In this document: in pieces, positions 19,632-26,781 of the stretch
How positions within the stretch are numbered: position 1 is the stretch's first letter
Layout of the letters: each line of letters starts with the position of its first letter
Source: a virus
Taxonomy: Duplodnaviria; Heunggongvirae; Uroviricota; Caudoviricetes
Virus record (IMG/VR): IMGVR_UViG_3300047393_000100
Strand: one strand, 5' to 3'
Length of the DNA: 39,982 bases
Made by a program: the position numbers and the translations under genes
Notes under the pieces: generated by a model
Database searches by the model: none
Seen by the model: only the letters and a program-made list of their open reading frames with translations
What the model was told of the DNA's origin: nothing

Positions 19632-19895
19632 TTATTTAGGATTAGTTGAAAGGTTTGCTCCGGCTAGGTATAGGTTCGTAATCATGAACATTAGGGGGTT
19701 TTTACCCTTTTTGCTTGATATACTGTTTTTCCATTTTGTTCGTGTTTCAGGGGAAGCATATGTATTTGTGCTTTCGATGATTTCTAAGAAGGTGCTGCGT
19801 AGTGCTTCTTCTGTAAGGGTTTGCATTTTACCGATTAGGCTTTCTACCTGTGCAGTAATTGAGCGTTCTGTAATTGATAAGTCGATGTGTGCCAT
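19632..19895 (-). CDS. Hypothetical early protein
   Basis: Directly preceded by a copy of the early promoter motif (19905-19951). Confidence 0.7.
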   Translation of the reverse strand: MAHIDLSITERSITAQVESLIGKMQTLTEEALRSTFLEIIESTNTYASPETRTKWKNSISSKKGKNPLMFMITNLYLAGANLSTNPK

Positions 19896-19904
19896 GGTGT
19901 TGTT

Positions 19905-19951
19905 GTTTTAATTATAATGTAAATATAACTATAATATTTGAACCATGAAAA
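19905..19951 (-). promoter_or_regulatory. Early promoter copy
   Basis: Reverse complement TTTTCATGGTTCAAATATTATAGTTATATTTACATTATAATTAAAAC. Confidence 0.75.
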
Positions 19952-20001
19952 TTTATTTGCAATTATTTTTAAAAAGATTATGGGAGCACTAGACAGTAGA
20001 G

Positions 20002-20052
20002 AAACCTATAGGGTCAAGAAGAAACACCACATAACTTCATTGACCCTATAGG
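20002..20052 (-). terminator. Long hairpin / probable terminator after the RadA-like gene
   Basis: Perfect 13-bp inverted repeat CCTATAGGGTCAA (20005-20017) / TTGACCCTATAGG (20040-20052); only a weak TTTCTCT tail. Confidence 0.55.
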
Positions 20053-20071
20053 GGTTATAATTAAAAACGGT

Positions 20072-21181
20072 TTATAGTTCCACAACTTGAGTTTTAAGTT
20101 CTGCTGGTATACTGTCCTTGTCAAACCCAAATAATTTGTCAAACGAATTTGATTCACTATCTAGGGCTTTACGTTCTTCCGCTAAGATATCATCGTTGAA
20201 TAGGTCTCTTGCATATCTTGCTTCGTCGAATGTTACTCCGCCATTTAGGTCAAAGAATAGTTTTTTATTGACATCACCTCCACGATTCTTAGAGAATTCC
20301 ATATATCTACGGCCAGAATTTTCAGATCCATCCCAGTCAAGATGCATCATGGCAGTGGCCATATGTTTTAGTTTATTAGAACCAACAAATACTCCACCTT
20401 TAGATAATTGTAAGATGGTTACAAATGTTGTATGTTTAGATAGGATGTTATTTGCTTTGTTATGATTATCCATTAGATCTAGGAACCATTTCTCAGTTTT
20501 ACCTCGAGTCATCCCGCAAGCTTCTTTCACTGTGTCATTTACTTCTGTATATGAATCGGTTAAGATAACGTCCCATCCTTGAGATACTACTGATTCGATT
20601 ACCGATTTTGGGCATTCTTCAGTATAGTCTCCTAGGAATAGGATTGGTAATTGTCCCCAGTGTGGAAAACGTTTTAGGTAACGAGCCATATCGATTTGAT
20701 TCATTTCTGCTGAGATGAATAGGACCTTCTTGCCAGCTGCTTGCAACTTAGATAATAGTTCAAGTAGCACTGTAGTTTTACCAATACCAGGGGCTCCTGC
20801 TGCCATGACGTTTGTACCTGGTAGGAAACCACCTTCAGATGATACGAATTTATCAAACACTGTATTTGTAGCTAATGGAACAAAAAGGCTTTCATCTATA
20901 TTTAGGTCATCTAATTTGGTTAGAGTAATAGGTCCAACTGGTTTAGATACTTTAGGTTCTTGTACTTGTTTAGGTTGTATACCTCCACCATATGCATTAT
21001 GATAATCTTTAGAAGAATTAAAGTGACCTTGCTCGTTTATATTAACAAGTCTATTAGATTCTAATCCGCGGATCCATTCGTATTTAGGGTGATCCTCCTT
21101 GATTACTACGATATGATCTTGGTCAATAGCTCGTAATTCGAAGATGTCATTTAATTTGTGGAATGTGTAAGATACTTTCAT
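20072..21181 (-). CDS. RadA/Sms-like RecA-fold ATPase lacking the Zn finger and Lon-like domain
   Basis: Walker A GAPGIGKT, LFISAEM, Walker B VILTDS, GSNKLKHMATA, FSKNRGG. Confidence 0.75.
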   Translation of the reverse strand: MKVSYTFHKLNDIFELRAIDQDHIVVIKEDHPKYEWIRGLESNRLVNINEQGHFNSSKDYHNAYGGGIQPKQVQEPKVSKPVGPITLTKLDDLNIDESLFVPLATNTVFDKFVSSEGGFLPGTNVMAAGAPGIGKTTVLLELLSKLQAAGKKVLFISAEMNQIDMARYLKRFPHWGQLPILFLGDYTEECPKSVIESVVSQGWDVILTDSYTEVNDTVKEACGMTRGKTEKWFLDLMDNHNKANNILSKHTTFVTILQLSKGGVFVGSNKLKHMATAMMHLDWDGSENSGRRYMEFSKNRGGDVNKKLFFDLNGGVTFDEARYARDLFNDDILAEERKALDSESNSFDKLFGFDKDSIPAELKTQVVEL

Positions 21182-21189
21182 AATGTGGT

Positions 21190-21236
21190 GTTTTAATTAT
21201 AATGTAAATCTAACTATAATAGATGATATGTGAAAA
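21190..21236 (-). promoter_or_regulatory. Early promoter copy
   Basis: Reverse complement TTTTCACATATCATCTATTATAGTTAGATTTACATTATAATTAAAAC. Confidence 0.75.
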
Positions 21237-21264
21237 TTTAATTGCTTAAAGTTATTAACAATTT

Positions 21265-21618
21265 TTATTTTACTTGGTATGCTTTATCCCAGTCTCCGAT
21301 TGATATACCTACGTAGAATGTTGGGATGCTACCGTAATCTCCATCGTATGTTAATTCAGATTGGTCTTCTTTTAAGATGTCTACGATACCTTGCAATACT
21401 TGTGCAGTTTCAGGTCTATCTTTGTAGTTATCTTTAATATAGAAATGATTAACGTTCTCGTATCCATTTTCTTTTTCAGTTAGGGCAATTGGACCAGCAA
21501 GGATAGTTGCTTGAATTTTTGAATGATCTATATTACGTACTGAAATTTTATAATTAGGGAATGCAGATTTGATTGCTTTTCTTTTAGCTGCTACTTCTTC
21601 TTTAGTGATATATGGCAT
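21265..21618 (-). CDS. LPD29-like (large polyvalent protein-associated domain) protein
   Basis: RKAIKSAFPNYKISVR...IQATILAGP pattern; has its own promoter copy. Confidence 0.55.
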   Translation of the reverse strand: MPYITKEEVAAKRKAIKSAFPNYKISVRNIDHSKIQATILAGPIALTEKENGYENVNHFYIKDNYKDRPETAQVLQGIVDILKEDQSELTYDGDYGSIPTFYVGISIGDWDKAYQVK

Positions 21619-21630
21619 GGTGTTTTTGTT

Positions 21631-21675
21631 TTTTAATTATAAGTAAATCTAACTATAATCGATGATACGTGAAAA
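21631..21675 (-). promoter_or_regulatory. Early promoter copy
   Basis: Reverse complement TTTTCACGTATCATCGATTATAGTTAGATTTACTTATAATTAAAA. Confidence 0.75.
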
Positions 21676-21695
21676 TTTAAAGTGTTAAAACTTTG

Positions 21696-21914
21696 TTATT
21701 TTTTCTTGTACTTATTGTATAGCATATTAATCATAGTACCTAGTACAAATACGTTTAGTAAGATAATAAGAGAATTTACAGGTTCTTTAAGCATATATTC
21801 TAATGTGATGCATGATGCTAAGATTACGTTTGAAACTAATAGGTAAGCTAATGTACAGAATACTATTGAACCTACTAAACCAACTATTGCCATTTTAAAA
21901 GATCTACGTGTCAT
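21696..21914 (-). CDS. Small membrane protein
   Basis: Long hydrophobic segments; flanked by 78-bp near-identical repeats. Confidence 0.65.
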   Translation of the reverse strand: MTRRSFKMAIVGLVGSIVFCTLAYLLVSNVILASCITLEYMLKEPVNSLIILLNVFVLGTMINMLYNKYKKK

Positions 21915-21926
21915 ATTGTTTTTGTT

Positions 21927-21971
21927 TTTTAATTATAAGTAAATCTAATCAAATTGGGTGATATGTGAAAA
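21927..21971 (-). promoter_or_regulatory. Early promoter copy (variant spacer)
   Basis: Reverse complement TTTTCACATATCACCCAATTTGATTAGATTTACTTATAATTAAAA. Confidence 0.7.
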
Positions 21972-22008
21972 TTTAAAGTGTTAAAACTTTGTTAAATTTT
22001 AGACATAG

Positions 22009-22031
22009 AAAAACCCCCATATAGAGGGTTT
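22009..22031 (-). terminator. Intrinsic terminator after the DUF932 gene
   Basis: Minus strand AAACCCTC-TATAT-GGGGGTTTTT. Confidence 0.75.
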
Positions 22032-22091
22032 GAAATGGATTTAAAACCTGAGTCTTACAGCGTCTAGAATTGTGATGCTCCGTTTATAATC

Positions 22092-23231
22092 CTAGTTTAA
22101 TAATGAACCACTACGAACTAATTCTCTACCACCAAAGATATCTGGCATAGTGTTCTCGTGGTCAAATGATTTTTTACCGAATAGGTTACCTGATTTAACC
22201 ATCAAGTCTGATGCATTATAATCTTGCATATTAGTATCTATAATACCAGTAGCATGTGTTGCGAAGTGGGTTACTCCATTAACAACATCCCATACAGAAG
22301 TATTTGATTTTGCATGTTTTAATTGGTCTGTACTTAATGTGTCAAACCCTGCTTTATAGAATGCATTCATGTTTTCTGCTAGAGGCAACCAGTTATCTGA
22401 ACGTTCTCCAGCAAATGGAGCGATGAGGTTATGTGCAAATTGTAATTCATGTAGAGAGGCAGGGGTGTTATGCGCTGCTCTTACTCGTTCTGCAAATCCT
22501 TGAGGTGCAAAGTTATTTTTACGTAATTCATTTAAGTTTTCAAAGAATTTCTCCATTGAACCCTGATCTAATGAATTTAATGTATATGATTCTTGGGCGA
22601 ATGCTGTAGTTAATCCATTAGTACACCATTGGCGGTTAACATATGGAAGGACTTGAAAACCATCTTTAGGTGAATTTTGAAAAGTAACACCTCCGGTGAA
22701 TACTTCGTTGCTTAATCCTTGAACTGCAAAGTTTGCATTAGGGTTAAATGCATTAATAGTTACAATACCTGTTCCTGGATCTACTGACCAATTGGAAACT
22801 TCCATACTGTTATTGTCTATAATGTTTTCGGCAACACCCATAAATTGTGCGTTTGAAATACCGAACTGATCTTTCTTAGTAATAGCAACAACATACTTAG
22901 TAAGTGGGTTAAGTACCAATGTTACTTCAGATAATTTACCGCTATTAGAAGACATTGCATTTTTCATTGTATTAATGAATTGTGATTTAGCTTCTTTAGT
23001 AAATAGGGTTTCAAATTTTTGTGCGAATGCTTGAGACATTCCTAATAAACCAAGCAAATTCTTAAATGCCGATTTAGTAACAGATATACGGGATCCATTA
23101 AATTCAATTGTTTCGGCGTCAATAATATTGATATCACGGAAATGTACAACCTTGCGAAGATTTTGTGCTTCTAATGTATTTACCTTCTTACGATCAATAA
23201 CTTGACTTGATAATGTTTGAATTGTTGCCAT
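22092..23231 (-). CDS. DUF932-like protein
   Basis: GGVTFQNSPKDGFQVLPYVNRQWCTNG matches the G..F.NS....F...P...R..C.NG core; C-terminal SVWDVVNGVTHFATH. Confidence 0.6.
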   Translation of the reverse strand: MATIQTLSSQVIDRKKVNTLEAQNLRKVVHFRDINIIDAETIEFNGSRISVTKSAFKNLLGLLGMSQAFAQKFETLFTKEAKSQFINTMKNAMSSNSGKLSEVTLVLNPLTKYVVAITKKDQFGISNAQFMGVAENIIDNNSMEVSNWSVDPGTGIVTINAFNPNANFAVQGLSNEVFTGGVTFQNSPKDGFQVLPYVNRQWCTNGLTTAFAQESYTLNSLDQGSMEKFFENLNELRKNNFAPQGFAERVRAAHNTPASLHELQFAHNLIAPFAGERSDNWLPLAENMNAFYKAGFDTLSTDQLKHAKSNTSVWDVVNGVTHFATHATGIIDTNMQDYNASDLMVKSGNLFGKKSFDHENTMPDIFGGRELVRSGSLLN

Positions 23232-23248
23232 AATTGTTTTTGTTTATA

Positions 23249-23276
23249 TTTATATGATTAATTAAAAAATTGTTTC
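23249..23276 (-). promoter_or_regulatory. Class-2 promoter GAAAC-N17-TATAAA
   Basis: Exact 17-nt spacer upstream of the DUF932 gene. Confidence 0.6.
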
Positions 23277-23283
23277 AGTATTA

Positions 23284-23406
23284 TTAGGAATTAATTGCTC
23301 TGCATACCCATGATTGAGATACTTTAAGTCTATCAGCAATAATAGATGTAGTTAAGTTATCATTGAAGAATAAGTCCTTTGCGATTTGTGTTTTTGTAAG
23401 TTTCAT
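23284..23406 (-). CDS. 40-aa helix-turn-helix protein (not in ORF track)
   Basis: MKLTKTQIAKDLFFNDNLTTSIIADRLKVSQSWVCRAINS; IADRLKVSQSWV is a classic HTH; early promoter directly upstream. Confidence 0.7.
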   Translation of the reverse strand: MKLTKTQIAKDLFFNDNLTTSIIADRLKVSQSWVCRAINS

Positions 23407-23415
23407 AATTTGTTT

Positions 23416-23462
23416 GTTTTAATTATAATGTAAATCTAACTATAATAGATGATCCGTGAAAA
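23416..23462 (-). promoter_or_regulatory. Early promoter copy
   Basis: Reverse complement TTTTCACGGATCATCTATTATAGTTAGATTTACATTATAATTAAAAC, upstream of the HTH gene. Confidence 0.75.
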
Positions 23463-23589
23463 CTTTTTTACAACTATTTTCAAAAAAGTTGTTAACACTC
23501 CTTTGTTAATAACTTTATGGCGGGCTGGTTCATTATGTCGCGGAAATTGATTAATTTTATATGATGCCCCTTGGTTAGGGAATATTTAA

Positions 23590-23700
23590 ATATTTATGTA
23601 TGGTGGAGTCTACTCTTCCCCCTAGCAAGGATAGGGACGCCCATGTCGAATCTTCCGATTCTTTGTCTTTCGACGCGTTATGTCATTTTGTTATTTTCCA
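23590..23700 (-). ncRNA. Candidate structured small RNA
   Basis: Own promoter, no ORF over 16 codons, GC-richer; GTC-GAAA-GAC and GAATC-GGAA-GATTC GNRA hairpins closed by ACGC/GCGT; CCCTA-TCCTTGC-TAGGG hairpin. Confidence 0.4.
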
Positions 23701-23704
23701 TATA

Positions 23705-23736
23705 CAAATATAACTATAATACTTGAAATAAAAAAA
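23705..23736 (-). promoter_or_regulatory. Early promoter variant with canonical TATATTTG -7 box
   Basis: Reverse complement TTTT-TTTATTTCAAGTATTATAGT-TATATTTG; shares TATTATAGTTATATTT core; no coding ORF follows. Confidence 0.55.
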
Positions 23737-23800
23737 CATTGGCCTAATTATTTTCAATAAGATATGAACATTAAATTGTTAATAACTTTGTCCTATTATA

Positions 23801-23847
23801 TTTTCATGGGTCATGGATAATAGTTAGATTTACATTATAATTAAAAC
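23801..23847 (+). promoter_or_regulatory. Early promoter copy (divergent)
   Basis: TTTTCATGGGTCATGGATAATAGTTAGATTTACATTATAATTAAAAC. Confidence 0.75.
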
Positions 23848-23857
23848 ATATAAAAAC

Positions 23858-24289
23858 ATGACAAATTTAGTAAACACCACAGGTATCAACACAGTTAACT
23901 ATTTAAAAGATTATTCAACTGGTAGATTTAGATTTATTGCAAAATGCAGAGCAGGTTTCATGACAGTATCGGACGCATTTAGTTTTGACAATGCACATTA
24001 CATCCAATACCCTGAATCATTATTGGTTGCATATAAGAAAGGTGCTATCCAAACAATTGAATTCTGCCCAGACGGAGGAGATTATTACTTAACAGTATTT
24101 GCAAAGAAAGGAAATAAGGTTGTAATAATAGATGAGACTATCTTGGCTAGCCTAACAGTAGGAACTATCAACCAGTTATATTCAAATACAAATCTTTATA
24201 ACCAATCACAATATGCTGCTGTTGGAGCTAAGACGTGGGCAGATAAAGCATATGCAATTAATAATATGGCAGTCCTAGAGAACCTCTAA
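23858..24289 (+). CDS. Hypothetical early protein
   Basis: Early promoter copy 23801-23847 directly upstream. Confidence 0.7.
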   Translation: MTNLVNTTGINTVNYLKDYSTGRFRFIAKCRAGFMTVSDAFSFDNAHYIQYPESLLVAYKKGAIQTIEFCPDGGDYYLTVFAKKGNKVVIIDETILASLTVGTINQLYSNTNLYNQSQYAAVGAKTWADKAYAINNMAVLENL

Positions 24290-24325
24290 TATATAGATTA
24301 TAAATTAACATTAAAACATTTAACC

Positions 24326-24460
24326 ATGGCAGCTAATATCCTACAGACATCTAAAGAGATTCAACAACAAATCCTAAAGACTAAAACCGAAGATCCACAT
24401 AACTATAAAAAGATCCAAAGGTTACAACAACTATTGGATAAACTTTCAAATGACAAATAA
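24326..24460 (+). CDS. 44-aa helical protein (not in ORF track)
   Basis: MAANILQTSKEIQQQILKTKTEDPHNYKKIQRLQQLLDKLSNDK; TAATG overlap with the next ORF. Confidence 0.55.
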   Translation: MAANILQTSKEIQQQILKTKTEDPHNYKKIQRLQQLLDKLSNDK

Positions 24461-25149
24461 TGAAGTATACTGGGGTAAATTTCTCATTAGCAGATAAGAT
24501 AAATTCTGCTAAGACACAAACTACAGATAGGACTGATACAACTCAAATTCCTACTAGGGTTAACCCATCCCCAGGCGACCCATCATTATCAGTAGATACT
24601 TCTAATATCGATAATGCAGGTTCATATGTCAGTCAAAGACAATCGACAGCTACCGATGCAACCTCACCAGCCAAAACAACACAAATAGCAAATAAGACTA
24701 GTGAACTAACATATCAAAAGCCAACTGACTCAGTATATCCTAGAGAAAATGATCCTGGCAAAATAATCCCATCACCTAAAACTAAAGGATTTGCAGAAAG
24801 ACTACTAGATGCACAAATGTCTAATTACCTAACAGATAATAAGAGACCAACTCCTAGTAATACAACATCAGAATATCCTAAAGAACAGGGTACCCATATA
24901 AACAATTCTCAACCGGAGGATAATATGATCACACGACCTAATCCAGGTATCTTCGATCCAAGTAGTATAGGTACTATAAACCCTAAAGCTCCCTCAGGGG
25001 ATCCCCTAGGGAACATCCCTGGAGGCACTCCTGGAGCAACCCCTGAGGGTTCCCTAGGGCCTTTATATACGCCTCCTGCCATCTTTAAGGCACCTACTAG
25101 TCCTAAGGGCTTTACTACACCTAAGATTAATTTACCCAAATTCAAATAA
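24460..25149 (+). CDS. Pro/Thr/Ser-rich, likely disordered protein
   Basis: 229-aa ORF with low hydrophobicity; translationally coupled start. Confidence 0.5.
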   Translation: MKYTGVNFSLADKINSAKTQTTDRTDTTQIPTRVNPSPGDPSLSVDTSNIDNAGSYVSQRQSTATDATSPAKTTQIANKTSELTYQKPTDSVYPRENDPGKIIPSPKTKGFAERLLDAQMSNYLTDNKRPTPSNTTSEYPKEQGTHINNSQPEDNMITRPNPGIFDPSSIGTINPKAPSGDPLGNIPGGTPGATPEGSLGPLYTPPAIFKAPTSPKGFTTPKINLPKFK

Positions 25150-25893
25150 GGGTCCTATGGGACCAGCTTGACCCTAGGCACTATAGGCCTTACAGGGTAC
25201 CCTCAGGACAACTGCGGACCCTAGGGCACTGCAGAGTCAAATAGGCCCACAAGGACCCACTGCCAAATATTGCCAATCCAACACTATAGGCCTAGACGCG
25301 AGTGGTGATGGACGTAGAGCAAATGGAGTCATCATTGCATCAATTAGCCTTAAAGCGTATAGACCTCCATTTCGATAGAGAGACATGAAGGCATATGAGT
25401 AGAATTCGCAAATTGACTAAGAGTTTTAGGGTTGAGAGTTAGAGATGCATGGGTTTCTATTCATCTACTAATAATTAGTAATATAGCGATCGACCTTCCT
25501 ATAAGTCTACCATTAGTCACAGTCCAGAGATTCACTACACTCCAACCCATGTATGCCCCAGTGTCTCTCTAAGGTCATCAAATCCCTTGAGAATGTGTCA
25601 ACATACCCTCAGACGTTTCTCCATCCTACACACCCCTAGAAAAGTCAAAGTACCTGGATGAAAAAAATACCCCGGGGAAAATGGTCGACCACTTACGTAC
25701 TGCGGGAGTAACTATAAGAAATATAAGTACTAAAACAACACAGATATTGCCACAGATATTGACCCCTAGCATACCTCAGAGTAAATGTGAAAAATATTAT
25801 AAAAAAGTTTCACAGATTCTGAAACAAACGGGAGTACTGGCAATATAACTTAAGTCTTTAAGCCTGAGGGAAGACCAAGAGGGCAGATTACAT

Positions 25894-25936
25894 GAGGTTT
25901 GAGGTCTCACAGTACTGGAGAGGTTTGAGGTCTCAC
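25894..25936. repeat. 17-bp direct repeat GAGGTTTGAGGTCTCAC x2
   Basis: 25894-25910 and 25920-25936; a partial third copy AAGGTCTC follows. Confidence 0.85.
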
Positions 25937-26378
25937 CCGATTTAAGGTCTCTATATAGAATAATTTACCCTAAAAATAAGTGACTACCCAAATGAGGCGG
26001 AGGGGTGGCTGTTGTTGTAAGGACTATAAGTAATAAAAATAAATCGACATTTCGTTATTAGTATAAGACTATATAGATCAGATAATAAAAACGATATTCA
26101 TATAGATCTATATAGACAAGCAAGCAATCACATAAATATGGGAAATTATTTAAAGTATCATGAGGATGTGACAAGTATGGGTGTTGTTGCAAGGATCCCC
26201 TGATATTTTGGGGAATTACCCTTTAAGGTTCTGATATTCCTCCCGGGGATCTAGGCCCTTGACCCCTATTATTATAGGAAAAAATGAGTTTTTTGATGTT
26301 GATAAATTAAATTTTCCCACACCTATTAAAGATGGAAGATCTATGAGAAATAACTTGGAAATTATCTAAGAAATAAAT

Positions 26379-26406
26379 GAAACAAATACTAATAAGCTAA
26401 TATAAA
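26379..26406 (+). promoter_or_regulatory. Class-2 promoter GAAAC-N17-TATAAA
   Basis: Exact 17-nt spacer upstream of the Zn-ribbon gene. Confidence 0.6.
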
Positions 26407-26422
26407 TTACAAATAATCTAAT

Positions 26423-26629
26423 ATGTGGAAGACAAAAGAAATAACTAGACCAAATGGAACTAAGAAACGCCTAATGATTTGCCAAAATTCAAAACCAGGT
26501 GAAAGTAAATGGGGAGATTATGCACCTGAGGGTGGAATTTGTGAAAATTGGAGTGAGGTTGCACACAATACTACTGCATCCCTATGTCCTGAATGTACCG
26601 GTAGATCAGTCGGAGGCATGAAAATATAA
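26423..26629 (+). CDS. Small 4-Cys (Zn-ribbon-like) protein
   Basis: MIC...GIC...LCPEC; GAAAC-N17-TATAAA promoter upstream. Confidence 0.6.
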   Translation: MWKTKEITRPNGTKKRLMICQNSKPGESKWGDYAPEGGICENWSEVAHNTTASLCPECTGRSVGGMKI

Positions 26630-26683
26630 AGATATATAGAGTAACATACGATTTTGTTTTGAACCAACAATTTTTTCTATTAC

Positions 26684-26712
26684 AAGCTACCTTTAATCGG
26701 GTAGCTTTTTTT
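26684..26712 (+). terminator. Intrinsic terminator
   Basis: AAGCTACC-TTTAATCG-GGTAGCTT followed by a T run. Confidence 0.8.
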
Positions 26713-26781
26713 ATTAGAATAAATAGAATATAGAGGAAACAAAATCATTTTTTTCAATACAAATATTATAAATAATAAAAT

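Larger units (their letters stand above)
21621..21994. repeat. 78-bp direct repeat pair (21621-21698, 21917-21994)
   Basis: 71/78 identical by hand alignment; each copy contains an early promoter; the pair brackets one gene. Confidence 0.85.

Noticed and set aside
23560-23600. GGTTAGGG...TTAAATA resembling a pistol ribozyme fragment
   Set aside because: The remaining conserved pistol elements and pseudoknot partner are absent
23597-23660. tmRNA/tRNA-like 3' end (...GACTCCACCA) and GATTCGAC on the minus strand
   Set aside because: No matching 5' acceptor strand, T-arm or tag reading frame found; kept only as an unclassified ncRNA candidate
18672-26422. Stop-codon recoding (Lak-like TAG readthrough) as explanation for the non-coding gaps
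   Set aside because: Genes elsewhere are full-length under the standard code and some end in TAG (699, 18671, 31888); the frames I checked in the gaps are also broken by TAA/TGA stops
26631-26638. GATATATA motif after the Zn-ribbon gene as a late promoter
   Set aside because: Followed within ~45 nt by a terminator with no ORF between; may be chance in AT-rich DNA, and it weakens the class-3 motif claim
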